From positions 2,242-66,241 of the forward strand of contig DASQLI010000153.1 of NCBI GenBank assembly GCA_035630075.1: a stretch of 64,000 nucleotides of DNA, read 5' to 3'. The notes below the pieces were generated by a model, which worked only from the letters and a program-made list of their open reading frames with translations, had not been told where the DNA came from and made no database searches. Position 1 is the first letter of the stretch. Each line of letters starts with the position of its first letter. The translations under genes and the position numbers were made by a program. Source of the DNA: Microlunatus sp. (lineage in GTDB: Bacteria > Actinomycetota > Actinomycetes > Propionibacteriales > Propionibacteriaceae). This document shows positions 29,680 through 39,531 of this stretch, piece by piece.

Positions 29680-31842
29680 ATGCCGCTGACTCCGGACGAG
29701 GAACTCGATCAGCAGCTGCGAGCCGCGCTCTCCGACCTGGCAGCCACCACAGCGCATGATGACGCGGATTCGGCATGGTGGTGGGTTCTGTACGAGGCGC
29801 AGCTGCGCAGCCGAGAGCTCGATCTCGCCGCCCGCCGGTTGCAACGACAGGGCCGAGGCTTTTACACCATCTCCTCGGCGGGACACGAGGCGAATGCGCT
29901 GGTGGCGCTGGCGTCCCGACCGACCGACCCGGCTCTGCTGCACTACCGCTCGGGTGCCTTCTACTGCGCCCGGGCCGCTCAGGTCCCCGGCTCGACGCCG
30001 GTCCGCGACGTGCTGCAAGGGCTGCTCGGTGCGACCGACGAGCCGATCGCCGGCGGCCGGCACAAGGTGTTCGGCCATCCCGACCTGAGCATCATCCCGC
30101 AGACCTCGACCATCGCCTCCCACCTGCCCCGGGCGGTCGGGTTGGCCCTGGCGCTGCCCCGCGCGTACCGGCTCGGCGTCTCGGCGGAGTGGCCGATCGA
30201 CAGCGTGGTGGTGTGCTCGTTCGGTGACGCATCGGCCAACCACTCGACCGCTACCGGAGCGATCAACGCCGCCGTCAACGCCGGCTACCGGGGACTGCCC
30301 GTGCCGGTGCTGTTCGTCTGCGAGGACAACGGTCTGGGCATCTCGGTGCCGACCCCGCCCGGGTGGATCCAGTCGGCGTACGGATCCCGCCCCGGATTGA
30401 CGTACCTGAGCTGCGACGGTGTCGATCCCGAGGCCGCCCAGCGGGTGATCGAGCAGGCGGTGGCGTTCGCCCGGGTCGAGCATCGACCCGTGTTCCTGCA
30501 CCTGCGCACCGTGCGCTACCTCGGACATGCCGGCAGTGACGCCGAGGTCTCGTACCGATCGCCGTCGGTGGTGGCAGCGGAACGAGCCGCCGACCCGATC
30601 GTCGGGACGGCCCGAGCGTTGCTGGCGCGTGGAGTCATACCGGAGGAGCTGCTGGCCCGGGTCGACACCGTCCGGAATGAGGTCGAGTCCACCGTCGCGG
30701 AGCTGTCCGGAGCCCGGCTGCTGAGCTCGGGTCCGGAGGTGATGGCGCCCCTGTCGCCGCGTCGGCCGGCAGCGGTGGCCGATGAGGCGGCACGACTGAC
30801 TGCCGCCGGTGATCATGACCGGCCGGCCAGGACGCTGGCCGAGTCGATCAACGCGACCCTCGCCGAGCTGTTGGCCGGCGATCCTCGGGTGACGGTCTTC
30901 GGCGAGGACGTCGGCACCAAGGGCGGCGTGTACGGCGTGACCCGCGGACTGGCTCGCCGGTTCGGTCGCGCCCGGGTGTTCGACACGATCCTCGACGAGC
31001 AGTCGATCCTCGGCCTCGGGCTCGGCGCCGGGTTGGCCGGGCTGGTGCCGATCCCTGAGATCCAGTACCTGGCCTACCTGCACAACGCCGAGGACCAGCT
31101 GCGCGGTGAGGCAGCCTCGCTGTCGTTCTTCTCCCAAGGCCGCTACCGCAACCCGCTCGTGGTCCGGATCGCTGGGTTGGCGTACCAGAAGGGATTCGGC
31201 GGCCACTTCCACAACGACAACGCCGTCGGGGTGCTGCGTGACATCCCCGGCCTGGTGGTCGCCTGCCCGTCCCGAGGTGACGACGCGGCGGCTCTGCTGA
31301 GGACCTGCGTGGCCGCCGCGACGGTCGACGGCACGGTGTCGGTGGTCCTGGAGCCGATTGCCCTGTACCACAGGCGTGATCTGCATTGCCCCGGTGACGG
31401 CGGCTGGCTGACCGTCGACGGCGGCGAGGCTGCTCCGATCGGTCGCGCGCGCTCGTACGGACCAGCGGCGGCTGATCTGACCATGATCACGTTCGGGAAC
31501 GGGGTGCCGATGAGCCTGCGCGTGGCCGAGCGACTGCGTACCCAGGGTGTGACCGCCCGGGTCTGCGATCTGCGCTGGCTCGCTCCGTTGCCGCTGGAGG
31601 ACGTGCTGGTCGAAGCTGAGCGGACGGGCCGGGCGTTGGTGGTCGACGAGACCCGCCATGATGGCGGGGTGGGCGAAGGTGTGGTCACGGGCCTGGTCGA
31701 GAGCGGGTTCGCCGGGCCGATCCGTCGAGTCGCCAGCCAGGACTCCTTCGTACCGTTGGGAACCGCCGCCCAGCACGTGCTGCTGGCCGAGGACGAGATC
31801 GAGAAGGCCGCCGTCGAGGTGGCCGGAATGGACCGGAGATGA
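29680..31842 (+). CDS. ThDP-dependent 2-oxoacid dehydrogenase E1, fused alpha+beta
   Basis: LHYRSG, GDASAN...EDN ThDP motif, GEDVG..GGVYGVT, EIQYLAY, GGHFHN. Confidence 0.88.
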   Translation: MPLTPDEELDQQLRAALSDLAATTAHDDADSAWWWVLYEAQLRSRELDLAARRLQRQGRGFYTISSAGHEANALVALASRPTDPALLHYRSGAFYCARAAQVPGSTPVRDVLQGLLGATDEPIAGGRHKVFGHPDLSIIPQTSTIASHLPRAVGLALALPRAYRLGVSAEWPIDSVVVCSFGDASANHSTATGAINAAVNAGYRGLPVPVLFVCEDNGLGISVPTPPGWIQSAYGSRPGLTYLSCDGVDPEAAQRVIEQAVAFARVEHRPVFLHLRTVRYLGHAGSDAEVSYRSPSVVAAERAADPIVGTARALLARGVIPEELLARVDTVRNEVESTVAELSGARLLSSGPEVMAPLSPRRPAAVADEAARLTAAGDHDRPARTLAESINATLAELLAGDPRVTVFGEDVGTKGGVYGVTRGLARRFGRARVFDTILDEQSILGLGLGAGLAGLVPIPEIQYLAYLHNAEDQLRGEAASLSFFSQGRYRNPLVVRIAGLAYQKGFGGHFHNDNAVGVLRDIPGLVVACPSRGDDAAALLRTCVAAATVDGTVSVVLEPIALYHRRDLHCPGDGGWLTVDGGEAAPIGRARSYGPAAADLTMITFGNGVPMSLRVAERLRTQGVTARVCDLRWLAPLPLEDVLVEAERTGRALVVDETRHDGGVGEGVVTGLVESGFAGPIRRVASQDSFVPLGTAAQHVLLAEDEIEKAAVEVAGMDRR

Positions 31843-33023
31843 CTGGCATCACGCCCTTGGACCTGCTCAAGATCGACCACCTGTTGAGCTCTGACGAGCG
31901 TGACATCGCCGCAACCGTGCGCGAGTTCGTCGAGCAGCGGGTGAAGCCGTTCATCGCGGACTGGTACGAGCGTGGCGAGCTCGACCTCGGCATCGTCAAG
32001 GAGGCGGGCTCGCTGGGGCTGCTCGGGATGCACCTCGACGGCTACGGTTGCGCCGGCACCAACGCCGTCTCGTACGGTCTGGCCTGCCTCGAGCTGGAAG
32101 CCGGTGACTCCGGGGTCCGCAGCCTGGTGTCGGTGCAGGGATCGCTCGCCATGTTCGCGATCTGGCGCTGGGGCAGCGAGCAGCAGAAGCAGGCCTGGCT
32201 GCCGGCGATGGCCGCCGGGGAGAAGCTCGGCTGCTTCGGCCTGACCGAGCCCGACTTCGGCTCCAACCCGGCCGGGATGCGCACCGTCGCCCGCCGTGAC
32301 GGCGGCGACTGGGTGCTGAACGGCACCAAGATGTGGATCACCAACGGCTCGGTCGCCGACGTCGCGGTGGTGTGGGCCAGAGCCGAGGCCGACGATGATC
32401 ATCCGGCCGGCATCCGCGGCTTCCTGGTGCCGACCGACACCCCGGGCTTCTCCGCCCCCAAGATCACCAAGAAGCTGTCGCTGCGCGCGTCGATCACCTC
32501 CGAGCTGGTGCTGGAGGATGTCCGACTGCCCGCTGACGCGGTGCTGCCGGAGGTGGTCGGGCTCAAGGGTCCTCTGTCCTGCTTGAACGAAGCGCGCTTC
32601 GGGATCGTGTTCGGCGCGTTGGGTGCGGCGCGGGACTGCCTGGAGACCACGATCGACTATGCGGCGACCCGGGAGGTGTTCGACCGGCCACTGTCCTCCT
32701 TCCAGCTCACCCAGGCCAAGCTCGCCGACATGGCTCTCGAGCTGCAGAAGGGTTTTCTGCTGGCTCTGCATCTCGGCCGGCTGAAGGATGATCATCGGCT
32801 CGAGCCGCGCCAGGTCAGTCTCGGCAAGCTGAACAACGTCCGCGAGTCACTGACCATCGCGCGCGAGTGCCGCACCATCCTCGGGGCCAACGGGGTGACC
32901 TTGGAGTACCCGGTGCTGCGGCACGCCAACAACCTGGAGTCGGTGCTGACGTACGAGGGCACGTCCGAGGTGCACCAGCTGATCATCGGTCAGGCGCTCA
33001 CCGGGGTCGCAGCCTTCGAGTGA
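31839..33023 (+). CDS. gcdH: Glutaryl-CoA dehydrogenase-like acyl-CoA dehydrogenase
   Basis: LELEAGDSG.RS.VSVQ, GCFGLTEP..GS, KLSLRASIT, LGANG, NLESVLTYEGT. Confidence 0.82.
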   Translation: MTGITPLDLLKIDHLLSSDERDIAATVREFVEQRVKPFIADWYERGELDLGIVKEAGSLGLLGMHLDGYGCAGTNAVSYGLACLELEAGDSGVRSLVSVQGSLAMFAIWRWGSEQQKQAWLPAMAAGEKLGCFGLTEPDFGSNPAGMRTVARRDGGDWVLNGTKMWITNGSVADVAVVWARAEADDDHPAGIRGFLVPTDTPGFSAPKITKKLSLRASITSELVLEDVRLPADAVLPEVVGLKGPLSCLNEARFGIVFGALGAARDCLETTIDYAATREVFDRPLSSFQLTQAKLADMALELQKGFLLALHLGRLKDDHRLEPRQVSLGKLNNVRESLTIARECRTILGANGVTLEYPVLRHANNLESVLTYEGTSEVHQLIIGQALTGVAAFE

Positions 33024-33037
33024 CCGAGCGACCGGTC

Positions 33038-34351
33038 TCACGCAGGGACGGGCTCGGCCAGTCGGTCCATGATCAACGCGGCGAGGTCGTCCCGCGTCAT
33101 CCCCGCCGGTCGCGGCGGCTGCCAGCCGTCCCGGAGCTGGGCGCGGACGGTCTCCCGCAGTGGAGCCAGGGCAGTCGGCGAGGCTTCCATCGCCAGGTAG
33201 GGGCCCAGCGTGGCCATCCACTCCGGATGCTGATGGGCGGCGGGCAGCAGCATCTCGATGCCGATCGGGCCGTCGGGGTCGGCCGGCCGACCGGACCAGG
33301 ACGCGAGCAGCGATGCGTCCCCGATCAGATGATCATGGAACCAGGGCGCCAGGTGCTTCTGAGACCAGGCATTTAGATGACGGGCGAGCTCGGCGATCGG
33401 AACGTCTCGCACGAGGTCGGCCAGCTCGACTGCGGACTGCAGACCGAGCGGGATCCCGCGGGCGCCCTGGGGGTTGGTCACGCACGCCGCGTCGCCGATC
33501 GCGACCAGTCCGGTCAGCTGCACCGGTTGAGGGTGGTACTCGTTGGTCAGGCCGGCGCCTGCCCGGACCACGTCGATGGGTTCGCTGCGGCGTGGATCGG
33601 TCCACTCGTCCAAGCCGGGCACCGCCCGACACGCTGCCTCGAACGCGGCCGGGTAGCGGAGCAGAGCCAGTGTCTTGTCGTCCGCCGGTCGCACGAACAG
33701 CACCGTGAAGGTGCCAGCGTCGTGCTCGAAGACCATCACCAGGAACCCGCGATGCTGGGCCATGAACGACGGGCCGCCGTTGCGCGGGCCGGGTTCTGCG
33801 CCGGGGTGCAGCCGGTACTGGCGCGCCGCGTAAGCCATCCCGCAGTCCATCCGCTGACCCAACGGCCTGAAGTTGCGGGTGACTCGGCCGGCCCGCCCGC
33901 TCGCGTCGACCACGAGGTCGGCCGACACCAGGTGCGAGTCCACGACGACGCCGGCGGCGCGGCCGCTCTCGATCTCGACCGCGTCGACGTGCCCGGTGAG
34001 TCGTGTGATGCCGGGTTCGCGGGATGCGGTCTCCCACAGGGCGCGTTCGAAGACGGAGCGTCGTACCAGCAGCCCGGCTGCTGAGTCCGGAACGCCGGAG
34101 GCAAGGGCGACGGTCGCGCCCGCCGCGACGACAGCATCATGCACGTCCGGTAGCCGCTCGAGCAGCAGCCGTCGGCACTGATGGCGGAAACCGTGCGGCA
34201 AGTGGAACTGCATCACCCCGACGCGGTTCCAGCGCCGGCCGGGCACGGGTCCCGGGTCGCGGTCGATCAAGGTGAGCTGATGCCCCTGCCGAGCCAGCAG
34301 CAGTGCCGCTGTCATGCCGACGGGGCCGGAACCGACAACCGCGATCTCCAT
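33038..34351 (-). CDS. FAD-dependent oxidoreductase
   Basis: VVGSGPVG, DLVVDASGR, AIGDAACVTNP. Confidence 0.82.
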   Translation of the reverse strand: MEIAVVGSGPVGMTAALLLARQGHQLTLIDRDPGPVPGRRWNRVGVMQFHLPHGFRHQCRRLLLERLPDVHDAVVAAGATVALASGVPDSAAGLLVRRSVFERALWETASREPGITRLTGHVDAVEIESGRAAGVVVDSHLVSADLVVDASGRAGRVTRNFRPLGQRMDCGMAYAARQYRLHPGAEPGPRNGGPSFMAQHRGFLVMVFEHDAGTFTVLFVRPADDKTLALLRYPAAFEAACRAVPGLDEWTDPRRSEPIDVVRAGAGLTNEYHPQPVQLTGLVAIGDAACVTNPQGARGIPLGLQSAVELADLVRDVPIAELARHLNAWSQKHLAPWFHDHLIGDASLLASWSGRPADPDGPIGIEMLLPAAHQHPEWMATLGPYLAMEASPTALAPLRETVRAQLRDGWQPPRPAGMTRDDLAALIMDRLAEPVPA

Positions 34352-34418
34352 CTCGACCTCCTGCTAGGCTCAATTCGCAACACTTCGGGAGTATTGGTCA
34401 CACTGAAAGTAACACTAA

Positions 34419-35132
34419 ATGCCAGAGCTCGGCAAGAGGTCGTACGTCAGCACCCTGCGTGACAGCCAAGCGCGTCAGACCCGGCGTCAGATCGTGGCAG
34501 CAGCCGGGCGCCTGTTCGGCGAGCGAGGATTCGCGGCGACGACCGTGGACGCGATCGCGGCCGAAGCGGGCGTGAGCCGCAAGACGGTCTTCACCTCCGT
34601 CGGCGGCAAGGTTGCGCTGCTGAAGCTCGCGTACGACTACGCGACGGCTGGGGACGACGAGCCCGTCCCGATGATCGAACGCGAGGGTCTGCAGACTGTC
34701 ATCGCCGAGTCCGATCCTTACGAGCAGATGCGGCTCTGGGCCGAGCTGGTGACCGGCATGGGCGCGCGGTCCAGCGGCCTGTGGCTCGCCTTGCGCGGGG
34801 CCGCGGAGGTGGATGCCGAGGCCAAGGAGCTCTACCTGCGGTGGGAAGCTCAGCGGCTGGAGAGCATGCGCACCGGACCGGTTCCGACCTTGATCGCCAA
34901 AGGGGTGCTGCGGCCGGAGGTGACACCTGACGAGGCGGCGGCGATCTTCTGGATGCTCACCGACCCGGCCCTCTATCACCGCATGGTGGTCGAGGTCGGC
35001 TGGACTGCCGAGCGATTCAGCAGCTGGCTGTACGAGACGATCCTCACCCAGGCGCTCATCCCTCGGGACCCTGCGGCACCGCCGCGAATGCCTCGATCTC
35101 GACGAGCTGGTCCGGATAGCCCAGGACGGTGA
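34419..35132 (+). CDS. TetR/AcrR family transcriptional regulator
   Basis: TRRQIVAAA.RLF.ERGF..TTVDAIAAEAGVSRKTVF HTH; divergent from the oxidoreductase. Confidence 0.92.
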   Translation: MPELGKRSYVSTLRDSQARQTRRQIVAAAGRLFGERGFAATTVDAIAAEAGVSRKTVFTSVGGKVALLKLAYDYATAGDDEPVPMIEREGLQTVIAESDPYEQMRLWAELVTGMGARSSGLWLALRGAAEVDAEAKELYLRWEAQRLESMRTGPVPTLIAKGVLRPEVTPDEAAAIFWMLTDPALYHRMVVEVGWTAERFSSWLYETILTQALIPRDPAAPPRMPRSRRAGPDSPGR

Positions 35133-35472
35133 CGCCGAGCAGGGTGCTCGGCACATCATGGGTCGCGAACCGCTCCGCGACGACCTGCCAGACCGCGACG
35201 AGGTCCTCCCGGTTCGAGCTCGCGACCAGCACCCTCGTGACGAGCACGTCGCCGATCGTCGCGCCGGCCGCGGACAAAGCCGTCTCCAGGTTGGCCAGAG
35301 CCGCGCTCGCCTGACCGGCATAGTCGCCCACCCCGATCGTCGCTCCCCGCTCATCCAACGGGCAGGCTCCGGCCAGCGCGATCAACCGCGAGCCGGGCGG
35401 TGCCGAGGCGGCGTAGGCGTACGGCGCTCCTGGGTAGAGCGACGGGGCGCGGTGCAGCTGGACTCCGGTCAT
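35056..35472 (-). CDS. RidA/YjgF/YER057c family protein
   Basis: LAGACPLD, NLETAL.AAG, PSTLLGV..LGYPDQLVEIEA. Confidence 0.88.
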   Translation of the reverse strand: MTGVQLHRAPSLYPGAPYAYAASAPPGSRLIALAGACPLDERGATIGVGDYAGQASAALANLETALSAAGATIGDVLVTRVLVASSNREDLVAVWQVVAERFATHDVPSTLLGVTVLGYPDQLVEIEAFAAVPQGPEG

Positions 35473-35598
35473 TGAACAACCTTGCCACTGCAGGTTCGAC
35501 CCGACCGCGCCGCGTTCAGCGTCCGTCGAGTGTCAGCGGCTCACCCTAGCCTTCGCACAGAGTGACGATTCTGGACAAAGGTGGCGGAGGTGGCGGAG

Positions 35599-36362
35599 AT
35601 GACGCAGACGGTATTGACGACCGACCAGACCGACCTGGCCGAGACGACAGAGCTCGACTGCGCCGCCTCGGAGTCGCTGGGCGGCAAGATCTGCACGGCG
35701 GCAGGACTGGCCGCCCAGTCGGAGTGCCAGCTGCTGGAGCTGATCGGCGACTTCGACGCCGGCGGTCCAGGGACTCGGTGGCATCGAACCAGAGGACAGC
35801 CCGAAAGCTCGCCTGCGACTCCGATCTCCTCGGCGCGATCATCGACAAGCACGGCGGCGTGCTGGCCCTGGGACGCACCCGTCGGCTGGTCACCCGGGCT
35901 CTGCGCCGTGCTGTGATGATCCGCGACCAGGGGATGTGTCAGTTCACCGGCTGCCACCACACCCGCCACCTCAAGTCCCACCACCTGATCCACTGGGCCG
36001 ACGGCGGTCCTACCGACCTGGACAACCTGATCCTGCTCTGCCAGTTCCACCACACCGCCGTCCACGAGGGCGCCATGATCATCCGTCGGGCCGCTGAACG
36101 CAGCTGGGAGTTCCTGATGCCCGACGGGAAGCCCCACCGCGACTGGTACACCGCCGAAGGCTTGATCAACTTCCTCGCTGAACACGCCGACCGGGCCACG
36201 GCCGAGCGGCGACGGGCAGCCAGTTCGACAAGGATCGACAACGTCTCCTCGTTCCACCATCCGGATGCTCAACGCATCCAACCCGGCTGGCGCGGCGAGC
36301 GCTTCGACCGGCACGAAGCCGTGCAGGCTTTGTTCCGGATGCCCCTCAGACAGGCCGCCTGA
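35599..36362 (+). pseudogene. DUF222/13E12-type HNH endonuclease, internally deleted and frameshifted
   Basis: N-part ...LLELIGDFDAGG changes frame near 35765 to ARKLACD...LGRTRRL...RDQGMCQFTGC...HHLIHWADGGPTDLDNLILLCQFHH. Confidence 0.8.
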
Positions 36363-36365
36363 GGC

Positions 36366-36956
36366 GTGTACGGCTTCAGGCGCCGCGAGTTCCAGCTGAT
36401 GCTGCTGCGTCGGATGGCCGACTTCCAATCGGGGCTGGTCGCCGATGCGCTCGCTGAGCTGGGGGCCACTCGGGCCGAGCACCGTGCCGCCCATCACCGC
36501 TGGCAGCAGCTGGTGCGGTCAGCACGCTTCGATCATGGCGTCGCCGGCCTCCATGCTGTGTTGGGCCCGCCCGACGACGACCGGCGCCACCAGACAAGCT
36601 TCGGCGTGACCGTCCGGGAACAACGATGGCAACTACCTCACCTCTGGCCGGACCTACGCTGGTGCGCGCTCAGCGACGACGCCGGCCAGATCCTGCACGC
36701 CGAGCTCGTCCGTGAGCCTCCGCGGCACCGGTCGGCACCGGACCTGATCCAGCTGAGCGGCCCGTCCACGTCGCTCCCCGAGCCCTGGTCGCTGGTGGTG
36801 GCCGACGTGGCACCGTACGTCGACCACACCCGGGACGACCCGATGACCAGTCGGACGATCCTCTGGCTGCCGACCGAAGCCGCCGATGGCGGTGTGCTTC
36901 AGCTGATCTTCGTCTGGGGACTGCTGCAGACTGCCGCGTGGAGTGCGGATCAGTGA
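36366..36956 (+). CDS. Hypothetical protein
   Basis: 196-aa ORF filling the gap; motifs [12 protein letters not shown] and FVWGLLQ; no function recognised. Confidence 0.6.
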   Translation: MYGFRRREFQLMLLRRMADFQSGLVADALAELGATRAEHRAAHHRWQQLVRSARFDHGVAGLHAVLGPPDDDRRHQTSFGVTVREQRWQLPHLWPDLRWCALSDDAGQILHAELVREPPRHRSAPDLIQLSGPSTSLPEPWSLVVADVAPYVDHTRDDPMTSRTILWLPTEAADGGVLQLIFVWGLLQTAAWSADQ

Positions 36957-36975
36957 CGTTCCCGCGGGAACGGTT

Positions 36976-38097
36976 TCAGCTGGCGAGCAGCTCCGCGACC
37001 AGCTTGCCGACCGCGTCGACCTCGATCAGGAAGCCGTCGTGACCGTACGGTGAGCTGACCACCTGCAGCGAACCGGCGGTCGCGATGCCGGCGGCCAGCC
37101 TGACGCTCTGCTCGATCGGATACAAGCGGTCGGAGTCGATACCGGCCACCACGGTCCGCGCCGTCACCTGGGCCAGCGCGGCCTCGACGCCACCTCGATG
37201 ACGCCCCACGTCGTGACTGTTCATCGCCTCGGTCAAGATCACGTACGATCCGGCGTCGAAGCGCCCGACGAGCTTGTCGCCGTGGTGGTCGAGATAGCTC
37301 TCCACCGCATAGCGCCCACCGGCCGGCACGCTCTCCCCCGGCTGATCCGCCCGGCCGAACCGCAGGGCCAGCTCGTCGGCCGACCGGTACGTGATGTGGG
37401 CGATCTGCCGGGCCACCGCGAGACCGCCGACTGGACCCGACGGCTCGACGTTCCCGCGGGAACGTGGGAAGTCCCCACCCGCCCACGCCGGGTCCGAGGT
37501 GATCGCCCGGACCTGGGCATGACACCAAGCGATCTGGTCCGCCGACGCGACCGCGGTGGAAGCCAGCAGGAGCAGCCGCTCGACCCGCTCCGGGACGGTC
37601 ACCGCCCACTCCACCGCGCGCATCCCGCCGGCCGATCCACCCAGCAGCATGGCCCACCGGTCGATGCCCAGCGCGTCGGCCAGCGCGATCTCCGCAGCCA
37701 CCTGATCGCGGGTGGTGAGTCGCGGGAACCGTGATCCCCACGGTCGGCCGTCCGGTGCCGTCGAGCCGGGGCCGGTCGTGCCCTGGCAGCCGCCGAGGAT
37801 GTTCGGCGCCACCACGAACCACAGATCGGTGTCCAGCAGACCACCGGGTCCGATCAGGTTCCCCCACCATCCCGGCGTGGGGTGGCCCCCACCCGCAGCA
37901 CCGACGACGTGACTGTCGCCGGTCAGGGCGTGTAGCACCAACACGGCGTTGTCCCGGGCCGCTGACAGCTCACCCCAGGTCTCGTACGCCACCTGGACGC
38001 CGGGCAGCGGCTCGGTCGACCACTCCAGCGGCAGCGACCCGAGGTCGGCGAACTGCCGGTGGCCGATCGGGTCGCCGGGTCGCCACGCAGGAATCAG
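36976..38097 (-). CDS. metX: Homoserine O-acetyltransferase
   Basis: AYETWG, VLHALTGDSH, NILGGCQGTTGP, GGSAGG, GHDGFL; plausible N-terminus continues to CTG 38097 overlapping the metY stop. Confidence 0.9.
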   Translation of the reverse strand: MIPAWRPGDPIGHRQFADLGSLPLEWSTEPLPGVQVAYETWGELSAARDNAVLVLHALTGDSHVVGAAGGGHPTPGWWGNLIGPGGLLDTDLWFVVAPNILGGCQGTTGPGSTAPDGRPWGSRFPRLTTRDQVAAEIALADALGIDRWAMLLGGSAGGMRAVEWAVTVPERVERLLLLASTAVASADQIAWCHAQVRAITSDPAWAGGDFPRSRGNVEPSGPVGGLAVARQIAHITYRSADELALRFGRADQPGESVPAGGRYAVESYLDHHGDKLVGRFDAGSYVILTEAMNSHDVGRHRGGVEAALAQVTARTVVAGIDSDRLYPIEQSVRLAAGIATAGSLQVVSSPYGHDGFLIEVDAVGKLVAELLAS

Positions 38098-39410
38098 GCC
38101 CCCTTCGCTGCCCGGAAGCCGGCCTCCAAATCGGCCAGGATGTCGTCGATGTTCTCGATCCCGACCGCCAGCCGGACCAGGCCGGGGGTGACGCCGGTGC
38201 TCAGCTGCTCAGTCTGTGACAACTGGCTGTGGGTGGTCGAGGCCGGGTGGATGACAAGTGACCGTACGTCGCCGATGTTGGCCACATGGCTGTGCAGCTC
38301 CAGCGACTCGACGAACCGCTTGCCGGCCTCCAGGCCACCGACGATCTCGAAGGCGAGCACCGCCCCGGGGCCCAGCGGGGCGTACTTCTCGGCGAGCGCG
38401 TGCCACTTGCTGGTCGGCAGACCCGCGTACGCGACGCTCTCCACCTCGTCCCGGCCGGTCAGCCACTCGGCCACCCGCTGGGCGTTGGCGACGTGCCGCT
38501 CCATCCGCAGGCTGAGGGTCTCCACGCCCTGGGCCAGCAGGAACGAGTTGAACGGAGCGGCGGCCGGACCGAGGTCGCGGAGCAGCTGCACCCGTGCCTT
38601 GAGGATGAAGGCCAGGTTGGCACCCAACGCGCTGCCGACGCCGAGGTCGGGCGCGTAGCGCAGGCCGTGATAGCTCGGGTCCGGCTCGTTGAACTGCGGG
38701 AACCGCTCGGGATCCGCGGCGTAGTCGAACCGGCCGGCGTCGATGATCGCACCGCCGATCGCGGTGCCGTGGCCGCCGAGGTACTTGGTCGTCGAGTGCA
38801 CGACCACGTCGGCACCCCATTCCAGCGGACGGATCAGGTACGGCGTGGCCACGGTGTTGTCGACGATCAGCGGCACCCCGACCTCGTGCGCGAGGCCGGC
38901 GACGTTCTCGATGTCGAGGATGTCCTGCTTCGGGTTGGAGATGGTCTCGGCGAAGAACGCCTTGGTGTTCGGCCGAACGGCCGACCGCCACGACTCGAGA
39001 TCGTCGGGGTCGTCGACGAAGGAGACCTGGATGCCCAGCTTGGGAAACGTGTAGTGCAGCAGGTTGTAGGTGCCGCCGTACAGGCTCGGGCTGGCCACGA
39101 GGTGCGAACCCGTTTCGGCCACGTTCAACAGCGCCAGCAGCTCTGCCGACTGCCCGGAGGCGGTCAGCAGCCCACCGACCCCTCCCTCCAGCGACGCGAG
39201 CCGCTTCTCGACCACATCGGTGGTCGGGTTCATGATCCGGGTGTAGATGTTGCCGAACTCCTTCAGAGCGAAGAGGTTCGCGGCGTGGTCGGTGTCGTTG
39301 AAGACATAGGACGTGGTCTGGTAGATCGGCAGCGCGCGGGCTCCGGTGGCGGAGTCAGCCTCCTGGCCGGCGTGGATCTGACGGGTCTCGAAGGACCAGC
39401 TATCGCTCAT
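38094..39410 (-). CDS. metY: O-acetylhomoserine/O-acetylserine sulfhydrylase
   Basis: [40 protein letters not shown] lysine. Confidence 0.95.
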   Translation of the reverse strand: MSDSWSFETRQIHAGQEADSATGARALPIYQTTSYVFNDTDHAANLFALKEFGNIYTRIMNPTTDVVEKRLASLEGGVGGLLTASGQSAELLALLNVAETGSHLVASPSLYGGTYNLLHYTFPKLGIQVSFVDDPDDLESWRSAVRPNTKAFFAETISNPKQDILDIENVAGLAHEVGVPLIVDNTVATPYLIRPLEWGADVVVHSTTKYLGGHGTAIGGAIIDAGRFDYAADPERFPQFNEPDPSYHGLRYAPDLGVGSALGANLAFILKARVQLLRDLGPAAAPFNSFLLAQGVETLSLRMERHVANAQRVAEWLTGRDEVESVAYAGLPTSKWHALAEKYAPLGPGAVLAFEIVGGLEAGKRFVESLELHSHVANIGDVRSLVIHPASTTHSQLSQTEQLSTGVTPGLVRLAVGIENIDDILADLEAGFRAAKGA

Positions 39411-39531
39411 GCTGGGCAACCTAGCCCGGCGCTGCGGGCAATACCCAGTATCTCAGTAGGCAATCCCATCCCGTCGCCGTCCGGACGAATGCCGGCTGTG
39501 CGATCGAGCCCGCGAGCCTAGGATCGAGCAC

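Noticed and set aside
39411-39531. SAM riboswitch upstream of metY
   Set aside because: No recognisable SAM-I/IV motifs; a -10 box 7 nt from the ATG suggests leaderless mRNA
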